A stretch of 64,000 nt of DNA, from positions 631 to 64,630 of the forward strand of contig CACIWU010000002.1 of NCBI GenBank assembly GCA_902590435.1, read 5' to 3'. The notes beneath the pieces were generated by a model. The model saw only the letters and a program-made list of their open reading frames with translations, had not been told where the DNA came from and ran no database searches. Source of the stretch: an uncultured SAR324 cluster bacterium (GTDB taxonomy: Bacteria; SAR324; NAC60-12). Position numbers and translations under genes: made by a program. Positions 1 through 7,782 of this stretch are shown here, one piece after another; position 1 is the first letter of the stretch; each line of letters opens with the position of its first letter.

Positions 1-1249
1 TAGTTTTTTCTATACGCCAGAAATCTATTGTTCCACCTACTATTAATTTGTCTTTATGAGACCTACCTCGTCTCATTCCCACTCCACCTAACAAAAGATC
101 TATCAACCCTCTTAACTGCCAGAGGATGTCCCATGCATACCAGCCGTTTTCGCCACCAATATGTTTAATTGGATTAAAAGCTATCTCTGCAGGAACATTT
201 ATATTTAAAGTTCTGGCGTCTATCAGTCTCTCACCAAATTTATATTCTTTATCAGAATTTGTGTTCCCCGAAGATGAGGTTGAGTCATACCACCGAGATA
301 ATGGCGATTCCCTGTTCTCCAATTTAATAGCACGCTGAATTGCTTCTTCAACACCAATTGGCTTTATTTTGAAATTTCGCATTGCAGTATCATCGCTAAC
401 AACAGTCGAATGAACAATACTTTCAACAAGTTTCCTGCCGATGCGCGCATATAATGGAGTTATTAATCCGAGCCACAAACTTGATAGGTACGGAGTAAGA
501 ACCGGAACTGGTATCATCAACACTTTTTTATTAATATTTTTTGCATATATACGCATAATATCTAAATAAGATACTTGATCAAAACCACCTATTTCAAAGA
601 GGTAGTTTGCATTATCATTCATAAAAAGAGACTCCATTAAATATAGTATCAAATCGTCTATAGCAATTGGTTGAGCAAACATAAGGGCCCATTTCGGTAT
701 CAACATGACTGGTAATCTTTCAACAAGAGATTTGATCATTTCAAAAGAAAGACTCCCTGATCCAATAACTATCGAAGCCCTGAACTCAATAACAGGCACA
801 TTTGAATCCCTTAAAATATGCCCCACTTCCTGACGACTACGAAGATGAGAGGATAAGCTTTCTTCCTCATTTCCTAAACCACCCAGATAAATTATACGTT
901 CTACTCCAACTTCTTTGGCAATTTCACCGAAGTTCTGAGCAGCAATCCTGTCATTTTCTTCAAATGATCCTGCTGAACCCATTGAGTGAACCAGGTAAAA
1001 AGCTATCTTAACTCCATTCATTGCTGAAAGAAGACTGCTGCGATCCAACACATCGCCTTTTACGACATCAGTTTTTGAATCAACTCTTGGGCACAGTAAT
1101 TCCGGTCGTCTTGCTAAACATCTTAAACGGAAGTTATTTTCCTCAAGAACTTTCAGTAGTCTACCTCCAACATATCCAGTCGGACCGGTTAGAAGAATTA
1201 AATTTTTATTTTTAAATTCTTTTTGAGCAGTATTTGAAATAGTTGGCAT
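1..1249 (-). CDS. SDR-family NAD(P)-binding protein with DUF2867-like C-terminal region (C-terminus outside window)
   Basis: Absent from the ORF track because it runs off the left edge. Reverse complement from ATG at 1249-1247 reads MPTISNTAQKEFKNKNLILLTGPTGYVGGRLLKVLEENNFRLRCLARRP... with no stop down to position 1. Rossmann GxxGxxG (TGPTGYVGG). Distal ...HIGGENGWYAWDILWQLRGLIDLLLGGVGMRRGR... resembles DUF2867. Confidence 0.75.
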   Translation of the reverse strand, partial: MPTISNTAQKEFKNKNLILLTGPTGYVGGRLLKVLEENNFRLRCLARRPELLCPRVDSKTDVVKGDVLDRSSLLSAMNGVKIAFYLVHSMGSAGSFEENDRIAAQNFGEIAKEVGVERIIYLGGLGNEEESLSSHLRSRQEVGHILRDSNVPVIEFRASIVIGSGSLSFEMIKSLVERLPVMLIPKWALMFAQPIAIDDLILYLMESLFMNDNANYLFEIGGFDQVSYLDIMRIYAKNINKKVLMIPVPVLTPYLSSLWLGLITPLYARIGRKLVESIVHSTVVSDDTAMRNFKIKPIGVEEAIQRAIKLENRESPLSRWYDSTSSSGNTNSDKEYKFGERLIDARTLNINVPAEIAFNPIKHIGGENGWYAWDILWQLRGLIDLLLGGVGMRRGRSHKDKLIVGGTIDFWRIEKT

Positions 1250-1264
1250 TTCTATGCTTATAAA

Positions 1265-1771
1265 CTAAATTTTTCTTGAATCATAAGCCCAGTGAAGAAG
1301 TGCTTGACTTTGTTTAATTCGACATTCTAGATCACCTTGCTTGCAATTTTTTTTTATCTGGGAAATGTGCCTATGCATAGCCTGCCAACGTTTTATCTGG
1401 CGCTCATCATCTATACATCTGCGCCCCATATAGTATCTGCAGTACCATTGAAACCATCCTCTCGGGTCTTCTAGATATATCCAATTTTTCTTTCTCCAAT
1501 ATGCCAAAGGTTGGGATGCGTTAACATTAAAAAAATTTAATTCCGGATTATGACGTTGACTACATAAAATAGCATTATCAAACCAGTCTGAAGGGAACTC
1601 TAGAGTACAGTCAGTCATGTATTTTCCTCCAAATATACCAAGTTCCAACATTTCCTTTGGAGTAAGTTCTGGACAAAAAGTTTTGTGAAAATTCTTCCCT
1701 AAAGGTTCTGTGAGAAAGTAGGAAAAATCTTTCTGCATCAAATCTTCAATTACTACACGTTGCCTTTTCAT
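1265..1771 (-). CDS. conserved hypothetical protein (WFQWYCRYYMGRR motif)
   Basis: 168-aa ORF, co-oriented with the SDR gene and 15 nt upstream of it. Aromatic/Cys-rich core DPRGWFQWYCRYYMGRR...DDERQIKRW looks conserved. I cannot name the family with certainty. Confidence 0.55.
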   Translation of the reverse strand: MKRQRVVIEDLMQKDFSYFLTEPLGKNFHKTFCPELTPKEMLELGIFGGKYMTDCTLEFPSDWFDNAILCSQRHNPELNFFNVNASQPLAYWRKKNWIYLEDPRGWFQWYCRYYMGRRCIDDERQIKRWQAMHRHISQIKKNCKQGDLECRIKQSQALLHWAYDSRKI

Positions 1772-2189
1772 ATGTTTAATATGAAATAATTTAATTAATT
1801 ATTTTGATCACTTTGCTAATCACAAATTTTTTAAGAATTGCATCAACAGGAACCACTTTAGTTTTCAGATAAACAGACTATCTAAAGTAATCGGATAGCT
1901 GCAAATTAAATGCTGATTCAAATTTCCAGAAAAATACTTATCTTGACGAATGGATGACAATAAATTGTCAGGAAACTTTAAGCCTTAGAGGTTTTCACTG
2001 TAATTACATCATTTTTCTGAATGATTTTCCTCAAACTTGAGGTGACTTGGTTTTCAATACTTTGTTTCAGGAACAATATGTAAAGTCTTTTTTCGGTACT
2101 TCCATCCCCATTCCCTGATTTTATTATAATTTTTTCTTATGAAGCTTCTCATTTTTCTAATATTTTTTATTTTTATAAACCAGGTTTTA

Positions 2190-2738
2190 CTATAGAAGTG
2201 ATTCTATAGCCGAAGTTATCTCATCTTGATTTGGATGCACGTTAGAACGAAAACGCCTGACTAGTTTGCCTTCACGGCTTACCAGAAATTTCTCAAAATT
2301 CCAGCGTATTTCTCCCATACTTTTTCCATTTGAGTCTTCTGTCAGGTATTTAAATACTTGCTGTTTTTCAAATCCCTTAACTTTTCCTTTAGCAAAGATT
2401 GGGAAACTTAATTCATATACTTCACAGAAGTCTTTTATCTCTTCATTAGTTGAAAGTTCCTGCCGGAAGTCATTGCTTGGGAAAGCTAAAACAACAAAAT
2501 CACGTTCTTTGTACTTATTGTATATTTTTTCTAAACTTTTATACTGAGGAGTGAATCCGCACCGAGATGCTGTGTTTACGACTAATAAAATTTTCCCTTT
2601 ATAATTACTTAGAGATACTTCTCTCCCGTCGATACTTGTAGCCTTGAGTTCAAAAATTCTGCCTGAAGCGATGCTGAAACTTAGCATCACAAGCAGCATT
2701 ACTGTGATAAAAATACGATAAATATATTTGACAATCAT
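2190..2738 (-). CDS. gpx: glutathione peroxidase (Cys-type), with N-terminal signal/anchor
   Basis: Motifs NTASRCGFTPQY, LAFPSNDFRQE and WNFEKFLVSREGKLVRRF are classic GPx signatures. Hydrophobic N-terminus. Confidence 0.9.
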   Translation of the reverse strand: MIVKYIYRIFITVMLLVMLSFSIASGRIFELKATSIDGREVSLSNYKGKILLVVNTASRCGFTPQYKSLEKIYNKYKERDFVVLAFPSNDFRQELSTNEEIKDFCEVYELSFPIFAKGKVKGFEKQQVFKYLTEDSNGKSMGEIRWNFEKFLVSREGKLVRRFRSNVHPNQDEITSAIESLL

Positions 2739-2915
2739 AATAATTTTTCTATATATACATTATTAAAGGGACATTTTATGAATTTTATAGAATTTATAAA
2801 AAACACCTGTCGGTGAGTGATGAGAAAGGTTTATTGAGTAAAGGTGTAATCCTCACTTCCTTATTTTTCTTACACAAACCAGATGAGAACCTTGATTCAC
2901 TTTTAATTTAAATAT

Positions 2916-2951
2916 GAGTAGTAATTGCAAGGGTTTGGTGGAGAAGAGGGG
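2916..2951. repeat. decayed copy of tRNA-Ala 3' end plus flank (distal att-like repeat)
   Basis: 2936-2951 TGGTGGAGAAGAGGGG matches the tRNA-Ala 3' end (11721-11736) at 15/16. 2916-2935 GAGTAGTAATTGCAAGGGTT matches 7892-7911 at 17/20. Confidence 0.6.
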
Positions 2952-3234
2952 ACAGTCCATCCTTACTCATGTCGCACCCCTTACTTGTGTTCTACCTTAT
3001 TGTAATCACTTGATAAAAAGTCTTTCTGTCCATGAAGGTTTGACTTCGTGTCTCAAAAAAAGTGTAATTAAAGTGGGTTTAAATTGCAAGTAAAATAGTG
3101 ATTTCCTGCTTATTATTAGCAAGTTAGGTCAAATATCCAATTATCCAAAAGATTACAGAATGTAATAAAAAAGAATAAAATCCATTACAACCAAAAATCC
3201 AATTACAATTATAATTGTTTTTCTATTTCTCATT

Positions 3235-3372
3235 CTAAAAACCAACGAAATACCAATAAACAATCAGACCTCCGATAATAATCCCTTTAACGAATGCTAT
3301 ATACGCAGAAAGAAATGGATGTGTTCTTATAAAATTTTTTCTCCATTTCCAAAACGATTTAATTGTTTCCAT
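3235..3372 (-). CDS. small (45 aa) single-TM protein, hypothetical
   Basis: Below the ORF-track cutoff. Near-perfect SD: AAGGAGGT, 8 nt, then ATG. Reads METIKSFWKWRKNFIRTHPFLSAYIAFVKGIIIGGLIVYWYFVGF, a basic N-terminus followed by one hydrophobic helix. Confidence 0.4.
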   Translation of the reverse strand: METIKSFWKWRKNFIRTHPFLSAYIAFVKGIIIGGLIVYWYFVGF

Positions 3373-3448
3373 TTCTTATTACCTCCTTACGTGTTTAAGT
3401 TGTAGAGAAATATTGTCTTAACATTTACAAATAATTTAGCCCTTTCTC

Positions 3449-4069
3449 TTATGAAAACACAACAAGTCTTACAGAGGTTATATACTCTATTGAATCGTTT
3501 GTCTTTGCGGGTAGGAGTTCCATAGAATTGATATTTTGCTCAGCTAGGGTCATCCGTTTGAAAAGAAAGTCTTCTTTATTCATGGAGTGACCCTGTATGT
3601 ATAATTGTGTCGTTAAAACATTTTCCCTTTCATTCCAAAGCTTCAGGTGGATGTGTGGGGTTCTTCCAGGATATTCTACTGGAATGATAGTTCGGAAGTA
3701 AAAATGACCATTCCGATCTGTGATGGACCTGCCAAATCCCTGAAATTGAACATCCCTCATTTTGCTTCCGAATGAGCCAGTATGTAGATATACACCATTC
3801 ATGTCTGTCTGCCATATCTCAGCGGTCATTCCTTTAATAGGTTTAGAATCACGATTTACAAGACTACCCATTATGTTTAAAATCTTTCCGCCTGCCTCGA
3901 TTGTAGATTGTCCATTTTTTACAAGATCGTTGTCAGTGTCTTCTGGAATTCTATCGGGATAAAATGGTCCTTCTCCTTGCCAAGGTGTTCTGATGAGTTC
4001 CCCTAAGGAAACACCAGGTAAAACAATTGCTCCACATATAGCAAAAAAAGATCTTCTTGAGGTCAACAT
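3449..4069 (-). CDS. intradiol ring-cleavage dioxygenase-like protein with twin-arginine (Tat) signal
   Basis: N-terminus MLTSRRSFFAICGAIVLPG is a Tat motif (SRRxFF). Also GEGPFYP and GRTPHIHLKL (compare RPAHIH of intradiol dioxygenases). Confidence 0.75.
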   Translation of the reverse strand: MLTSRRSFFAICGAIVLPGVSLGELIRTPWQGEGPFYPDRIPEDTDNDLVKNGQSTIEAGGKILNIMGSLVNRDSKPIKGMTAEIWQTDMNGVYLHTGSFGSKMRDVQFQGFGRSITDRNGHFYFRTIIPVEYPGRTPHIHLKLWNERENVLTTQLYIQGHSMNKEDFLFKRMTLAEQNINSMELLPAKTNDSIEYITSVRLVVFS

Positions 4070-4084
4070 AGTTCTTGTATATAT

Positions 4085-4142
4085 AATGTGTTACTCCCCA
4101 AAAGAATAGGGATTGAGAGTAGGATAAGTAGGTGTTTCACTT
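4085..4142 (-). repeat. inverted partial copy of the island 5' module (upstream of the dioxygenase gene)
   Basis: Reverse complement AAGTGAAACACCTACTTATCCTACTCTCAATCCCTATTCTTTTGGGGAGTAACAC. Its first 16 nt are identical to 5470-5485, and the remainder resembles the CCCTCATTCTTGT / AGTAACAC pieces at 6972-6993. Confidence 0.7.
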
Positions 4143-4335
4143 GATTTCTTATTGTTGATTAGTAGAACCCAATATAATATGATTCCCGGGACAATTTCTC
4201 ACATTTCTACTTCAGTAGAAAATGTAATTTTGTTATGAAACATAGCATAATTTGTTTTTATATTAAATTTATTAAAATATTACAATAAATTTTTAAAATC
4301 TGAGAGCCTTTTATATATAGCGCTAACGGATTTTA

Positions 4336-4345
4336 CCCCCCCCCC
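4336..4345. repeat. homopolymeric C10 tract in the divergent dioxygenase/lectin intergenic region
   Basis: Sequence ttttaCCCCCCCCCCttcaa counted directly. It lies 131 nt upstream of the lectin ATG. Confidence 0.95.
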
Positions 4346-4475
4346 TTCAATTTTTTTATTCTACGTAAAGCTTAAATAAGCTACCAATGTGGTGGATATT
4401 TTTTTGCATGCACGGTTATTTTAATATTATTCACAAATCCAAAAAATTTTTGTAATTGAAGAATTATTTTTTTTA

Positions 4476-5321
4476 ATGAAAAACATTTTTTTTATATCTT
4501 TCATATCAACGTTTAGTCTCATAGCCTATTCCTGTAGTGAAAAAGATGACTACAAAAGTTTTGAAAAATATGGTGCCAGTAGTACTAGTAATCCATATAT
4601 TCCTGATAATTTTACTGTTAGCGGAGCAAACAATACTGTAACTATAACTTGGAATCATGTTGATGATGCTACAAGTTATACCATTTTCTGGAATACTGAA
4701 GGAGGAGTTGATACTAGCGACAATGCCATCACTTCAATCACGAATGACAATTACACACATAGTAATTTGGAAGATGGTTCAAGATACTATTACAAGGTAG
4801 CCGCGGTAAGTAAATTTTATGGAACAAGTACACTTTCTTCTGAAGCAAGTGCTATTATTTCTTCAAATATACAAGGTTCTCAAACTTATAACTCTCATAC
4901 ATACGCTATTACAAGCTCAGCTATGAACTTTGCCAATGCTAAAATTCAAGCCGCAGCATTAGGAGGATATCTCACAACAATAAACACTAAAGCTGAAAAT
5001 ACATTTCTGACTACAGAGTTTTACGGAACATATGGCGCTGCAATTTGGATTGGAGCTAATGATATCGAAACAGAAGGAACATGGATATGGGATAATGGTA
5101 CTACATCAGGGGACAATGGATTAACGGATACTATTTGTAATGCACCATCTGGTGATTGTCAACCTAGTAATGCAACATGGGCAGATGGTTCTAGAAAATG
5201 GAATAACGGTGAACCAAATAACGCAGGTAATGAAGACTGCGCTAATATTACCAGAAGTGATGGTACCTGGAATGATCTAAGGTGTTCAAGAACATTGTAC
5301 GGTATTATTGAATTTGATTAA
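4476..5321 (+). CDS. lipoprotein with fibronectin type III domain and C-type lectin domain (EPN/WND)
   Basis: Signal plus lipobox-like MKNIFFISFISTFSLIAYSC followed by acidic SEKDD. Fn3-like VTITWNHVDDATSYTIFWN...YYYKVAAV. CTLD: WIGANDIETEGTWIWDNG...WNNGEPNNAGNEDCANITRSDGTWNDLRCSRTLYGIIEF. Confidence 0.8.
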   Translation: MKNIFFISFISTFSLIAYSCSEKDDYKSFEKYGASSTSNPYIPDNFTVSGANNTVTITWNHVDDATSYTIFWNTEGGVDTSDNAITSITNDNYTHSNLEDGSRYYYKVAAVSKFYGTSTLSSEASAIISSNIQGSQTYNSHTYAITSSAMNFANAKIQAAALGGYLTTINTKAENTFLTTEFYGTYGAAIWIGANDIETEGTWIWDNGTTSGDNGLTDTICNAPSGDCQPSNATWADGSRKWNNGEPNNAGNEDCANITRSDGTWNDLRCSRTLYGIIEFD

Positions 5322-5400
5322 TGAGTTATGAAATACTATCCCCGCCACCTCCACTAAAAATAGTAAAATAACAGACACCAAAAATTTCTTCAAGTAAATT

Positions 5401-5520
5401 CCCTCAATTCTTTTAAAATCCCCCAAGTTTTGGTATATATTGGTTTAATTTAAACACTTATGGGAAACCAAGTGAAACACCTACTCATCATCCTCTCAAT
5501 ACTTCTTCTTTCTTCTCCTG
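5401..5520 (+). repeat. island 5' module copy 1 (promoter-like P box plus signal-peptide-like U box)
   Basis: P box 5401-5440 CCCTCAATTCTTTTAAAATCCCCCAAGTTTTGGTATATAT resembles 6981-7019. The U-box core 5474-5508 is 35/35 identical to 6882-6916. Confidence 0.85.
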
Positions 5521-5919
5521 TGATTGGTCAGTATGATGAAAAATCGAGTGCCACAAACTATTTTGTAACTTACTAAATAAAAAATATGAACTTTGAAGAT
5601 ACACTAACTGGAGGGCACCCAAACTCATTAGGAAAAACTATAATAAGTACGATTACGATGACTAGGATTTTTCCATTTGTGCCACTTTTTTGCCATTGAG
5701 TTTTAAAAAAGGCATAAAAATTAATTAATTCCCTTCCCCACATTAATGTAATTCAACCCCATTATATTTTAATTGACAAACCATTAATGCATTTGTAGGA
5801 TCATGGGGTTGTTAATGTGATAACAAATCTGGGGAGTTAATCAGTACTTATATCAAATAGGATTGAGAACTTCGAATTATTGAGTTTTAAACTATTTATT
5901 AAACCTATAAAGAAGGAAA

Positions 5920-6285
5920 ATGATGCCACTTATAAGAATTGATATACCTGAAGGAGTGTCGAATGAGGATAAAGCAAAGATACAAAAAAATGTCAGAGAG
6001 GTTGTATTAAAAACACTTGCTCCTAAACAAGTGAGATATGATTATGTTTCGATAAGAGAGGCATTTGGCATTATTGGTGATGGTTTGCCAGTAGTAGATG
6101 TTGATTTGAGACCAGGACGTGAACCTGAAAGAAAAAAAGGTTTGGTGGATGGTATTTCTTCTGTTCTTAAAGATATATTAAATGTTGATCCTGAAGACGT
6201 ATATTGTATTTTCAGAGAAACTCCTGCTCACAATCATTATACTGGCGGTGAACCTTTGCCAGATTGGGTTCCTGCAGACAAGTAG
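5920..6285 (+). CDS. tautomerase-superfamily protein (4-OT-like, long form)
   Basis: MMPLIRIDIPEG...: a start at the second Met (5923) would expose the catalytic Pro1. SD-like GAAGGA lies upstream. Size and pattern fit the roughly 120-aa tautomerase family. Confidence 0.7.
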   Translation: MMPLIRIDIPEGVSNEDKAKIQKNVREVVLKTLAPKQVRYDYVSIREAFGIIGDGLPVVDVDLRPGREPERKKGLVDGISSVLKDILNVDPEDVYCIFRETPAHNHYTGGEPLPDWVPADK

Positions 6286-6875
6286 ATTGTTCTCAAAAAC
6301 AATAATACCGGTCATTCCGTACTTCTTAGCAACCTCCACAAACTCTTTGGAAAGATAAACCTTGGAATGTAACAGGATACGACAAAGACGGAAACATCCT
6401 TGGAAAGTTTGTGAATGGGAACCCAACAAAACAATGACCAACCCTACAAATTCCTGAAACTTTTTCCCAAAAAATATTCACAGTCTAACATAATTTTTAA
6501 ACCTCCCTTATCCAGGTAAAACAAACAGATTTATGAGAAATTATTAATCCTCATAACCTCCCGAAATAACCTCCAAGAAAAACCCATTAATTAACTTCAT
6601 TTCCAATTCTTATAATATCTCTATTAATGACACTAAAAGGCTTTTGATAGCAATATTATTTTAGATATAATCCTAATCATATTTTACCTTAAATATAGCT
6701 TAAATAGCGATATATAGCTTTTTAAAGCTATTTTAAACAAGAGTTACCTCATTAATGACAATAATATCTAAAAAGAGATGAAAATAGACTAATCAATAGA
6801 CCAAAAATTAATGAGATATTGGTTAAGTATTTTTTTTAATTTAATTCCTATCTTTATCTATTTTTCAAACCAATA

Positions 6876-7053
6876 AACCATGAAACACCTACTCATCATC
6901 CTCTCAATACTTCTTCGTTTCTCCTGTAAGAAACCCCCACACTTAATTCTTCACAGAGTTAGACAGTCCCCAAGTAACACCCCTCATTCTTGTAAAATCC
7001 CCTATTTTTTGGTATATCTAAGGTTTTAGATTAAATAATCTACTAAAAAACCA
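6876..7053 (+). repeat. island 5' module copy 2 (U box then P box) directly upstream of the 7054 gene
   Basis: 6882-6916 is identical to 5474-5508. The P box 6981-7019 contains TTGTAA, 17 nt, then TATATC, about 35 nt before the ATG at 7054. Confidence 0.85.
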
Positions 7054-7698
7054 ATGAGACATATATTCAAAATCTTTTCTACAATTATTATACTAATTTC
7101 GTTTTCTTTTAACATATTTGCAAATGAAGATAATTCCGTTACTAGAAACAAAACTTTCCAAATACAAGCAATTGTCTATTCATCCTTAGGAACTGGTCTT
7201 AGTCTTAGTTACAGATTCAAGAAAAATATCTGGTTAAACTTTGATACACAATCATTATCTGGAACTATGTCAATAGACTCAAATGACGGATCAACAAGGG
7301 AAGATGCTGATTTTGAATTTCAAACCAAATATATAAATGTGCGAAATTATTTAACTAGTATATTTAGTGATTTATTTATTCAATATGGAATTGTATCAAC
7401 AAATTGGGATACAAAATCTATAGTAAAAAGTAATGAAAATAATCAAAAGAAAGCAGTTTATAAAACAAATTATCCAACCAAAGGAGTTAATTTTGGTGTA
7501 GGAATGAATTGGATTTTTTATAATGGTTTATCTTCAGGACTATATTTAGTTAGAATTATAAGTGAAGAACCATCATTTACCTATGAACTTGAAGAGGATT
7601 GGGAATGCTCTAGTTCTTGTCGATCAAATTATGAGAGTACTGTAAAAAAATATACTCCTAACAATTCATTTTATTTAACTTTTGGTTATAATTTTTAA
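7054..7698 (+). CDS. putative small outer-membrane beta-barrel protein
   Basis: Signal peptide MRHIFKIFSTIIILISFSFNIFA. Alternating aromatic/Gly-rich strands. C-terminal ...FYLTFGYNF ends in Phe, as in OMP sorting signals. Confidence 0.45.
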   Translation: MRHIFKIFSTIIILISFSFNIFANEDNSVTRNKTFQIQAIVYSSLGTGLSLSYRFKKNIWLNFDTQSLSGTMSIDSNDGSTREDADFEFQTKYINVRNYLTSIFSDLFIQYGIVSTNWDTKSIVKSNENNQKKAVYKTNYPTKGVNFGVGMNWIFYNGLSSGLYLVRIISEEPSFTYELEEDWECSSSCRSNYESTVKKYTPNNSFYLTFGYNF

Positions 7699-7782
7699 TT
7701 TAAGATCCACATTATCTCCACTGAGAAACCTCTATTTAATTTCTCTCAGTCAGACAATCAACTCTGTATGAAAAGTCATTTG

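Noticed and set aside
126-1215. Three plus-strand ORFs from the track (126-338, 802-1011, 1021-1215).
   Set aside because: They lie antisense to a continuous 416-codon minus-strand SDR/DUF2867 frame with clear motifs. Their own translations are low-complexity and motif-free.
2190-2738. Selenocysteine-type glutathione peroxidase.
   Set aside because: The active-site residue is an ordinary Cys codon in an uninterrupted ORF (NTASRCGFT). There is no in-frame TGA or SECIS-like hairpin.
4476-5919. Diversity-generating retroelement targeting the C-type lectin gene.
   Set aside because: No reverse transcriptase gene is present, and I found no template-repeat copy of the lectin 3' end downstream or upstream. 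The CTLD is the animal Lectin_C type, not the DGR variable-protein type.
6178-6441. 87-aa minus-strand ORF overlapping the tautomerase 3' end.
   Set aside because: It overlaps a better-supported gene by about 108 nt and has no start context. Only its distal part looks protein-like, and I treat that as possible gene debris rather than a gene.
6691-6731. Perfect 18-bp palindrome ATAGCTTTTTAAAGCTAT with two extra ATAGC(T) words just upstream.
   Set aside because: It is real in the sequence but isolated, very AT-rich and not positioned near a promoter or gene end. Evidence is insufficient to call it an operator or terminator.
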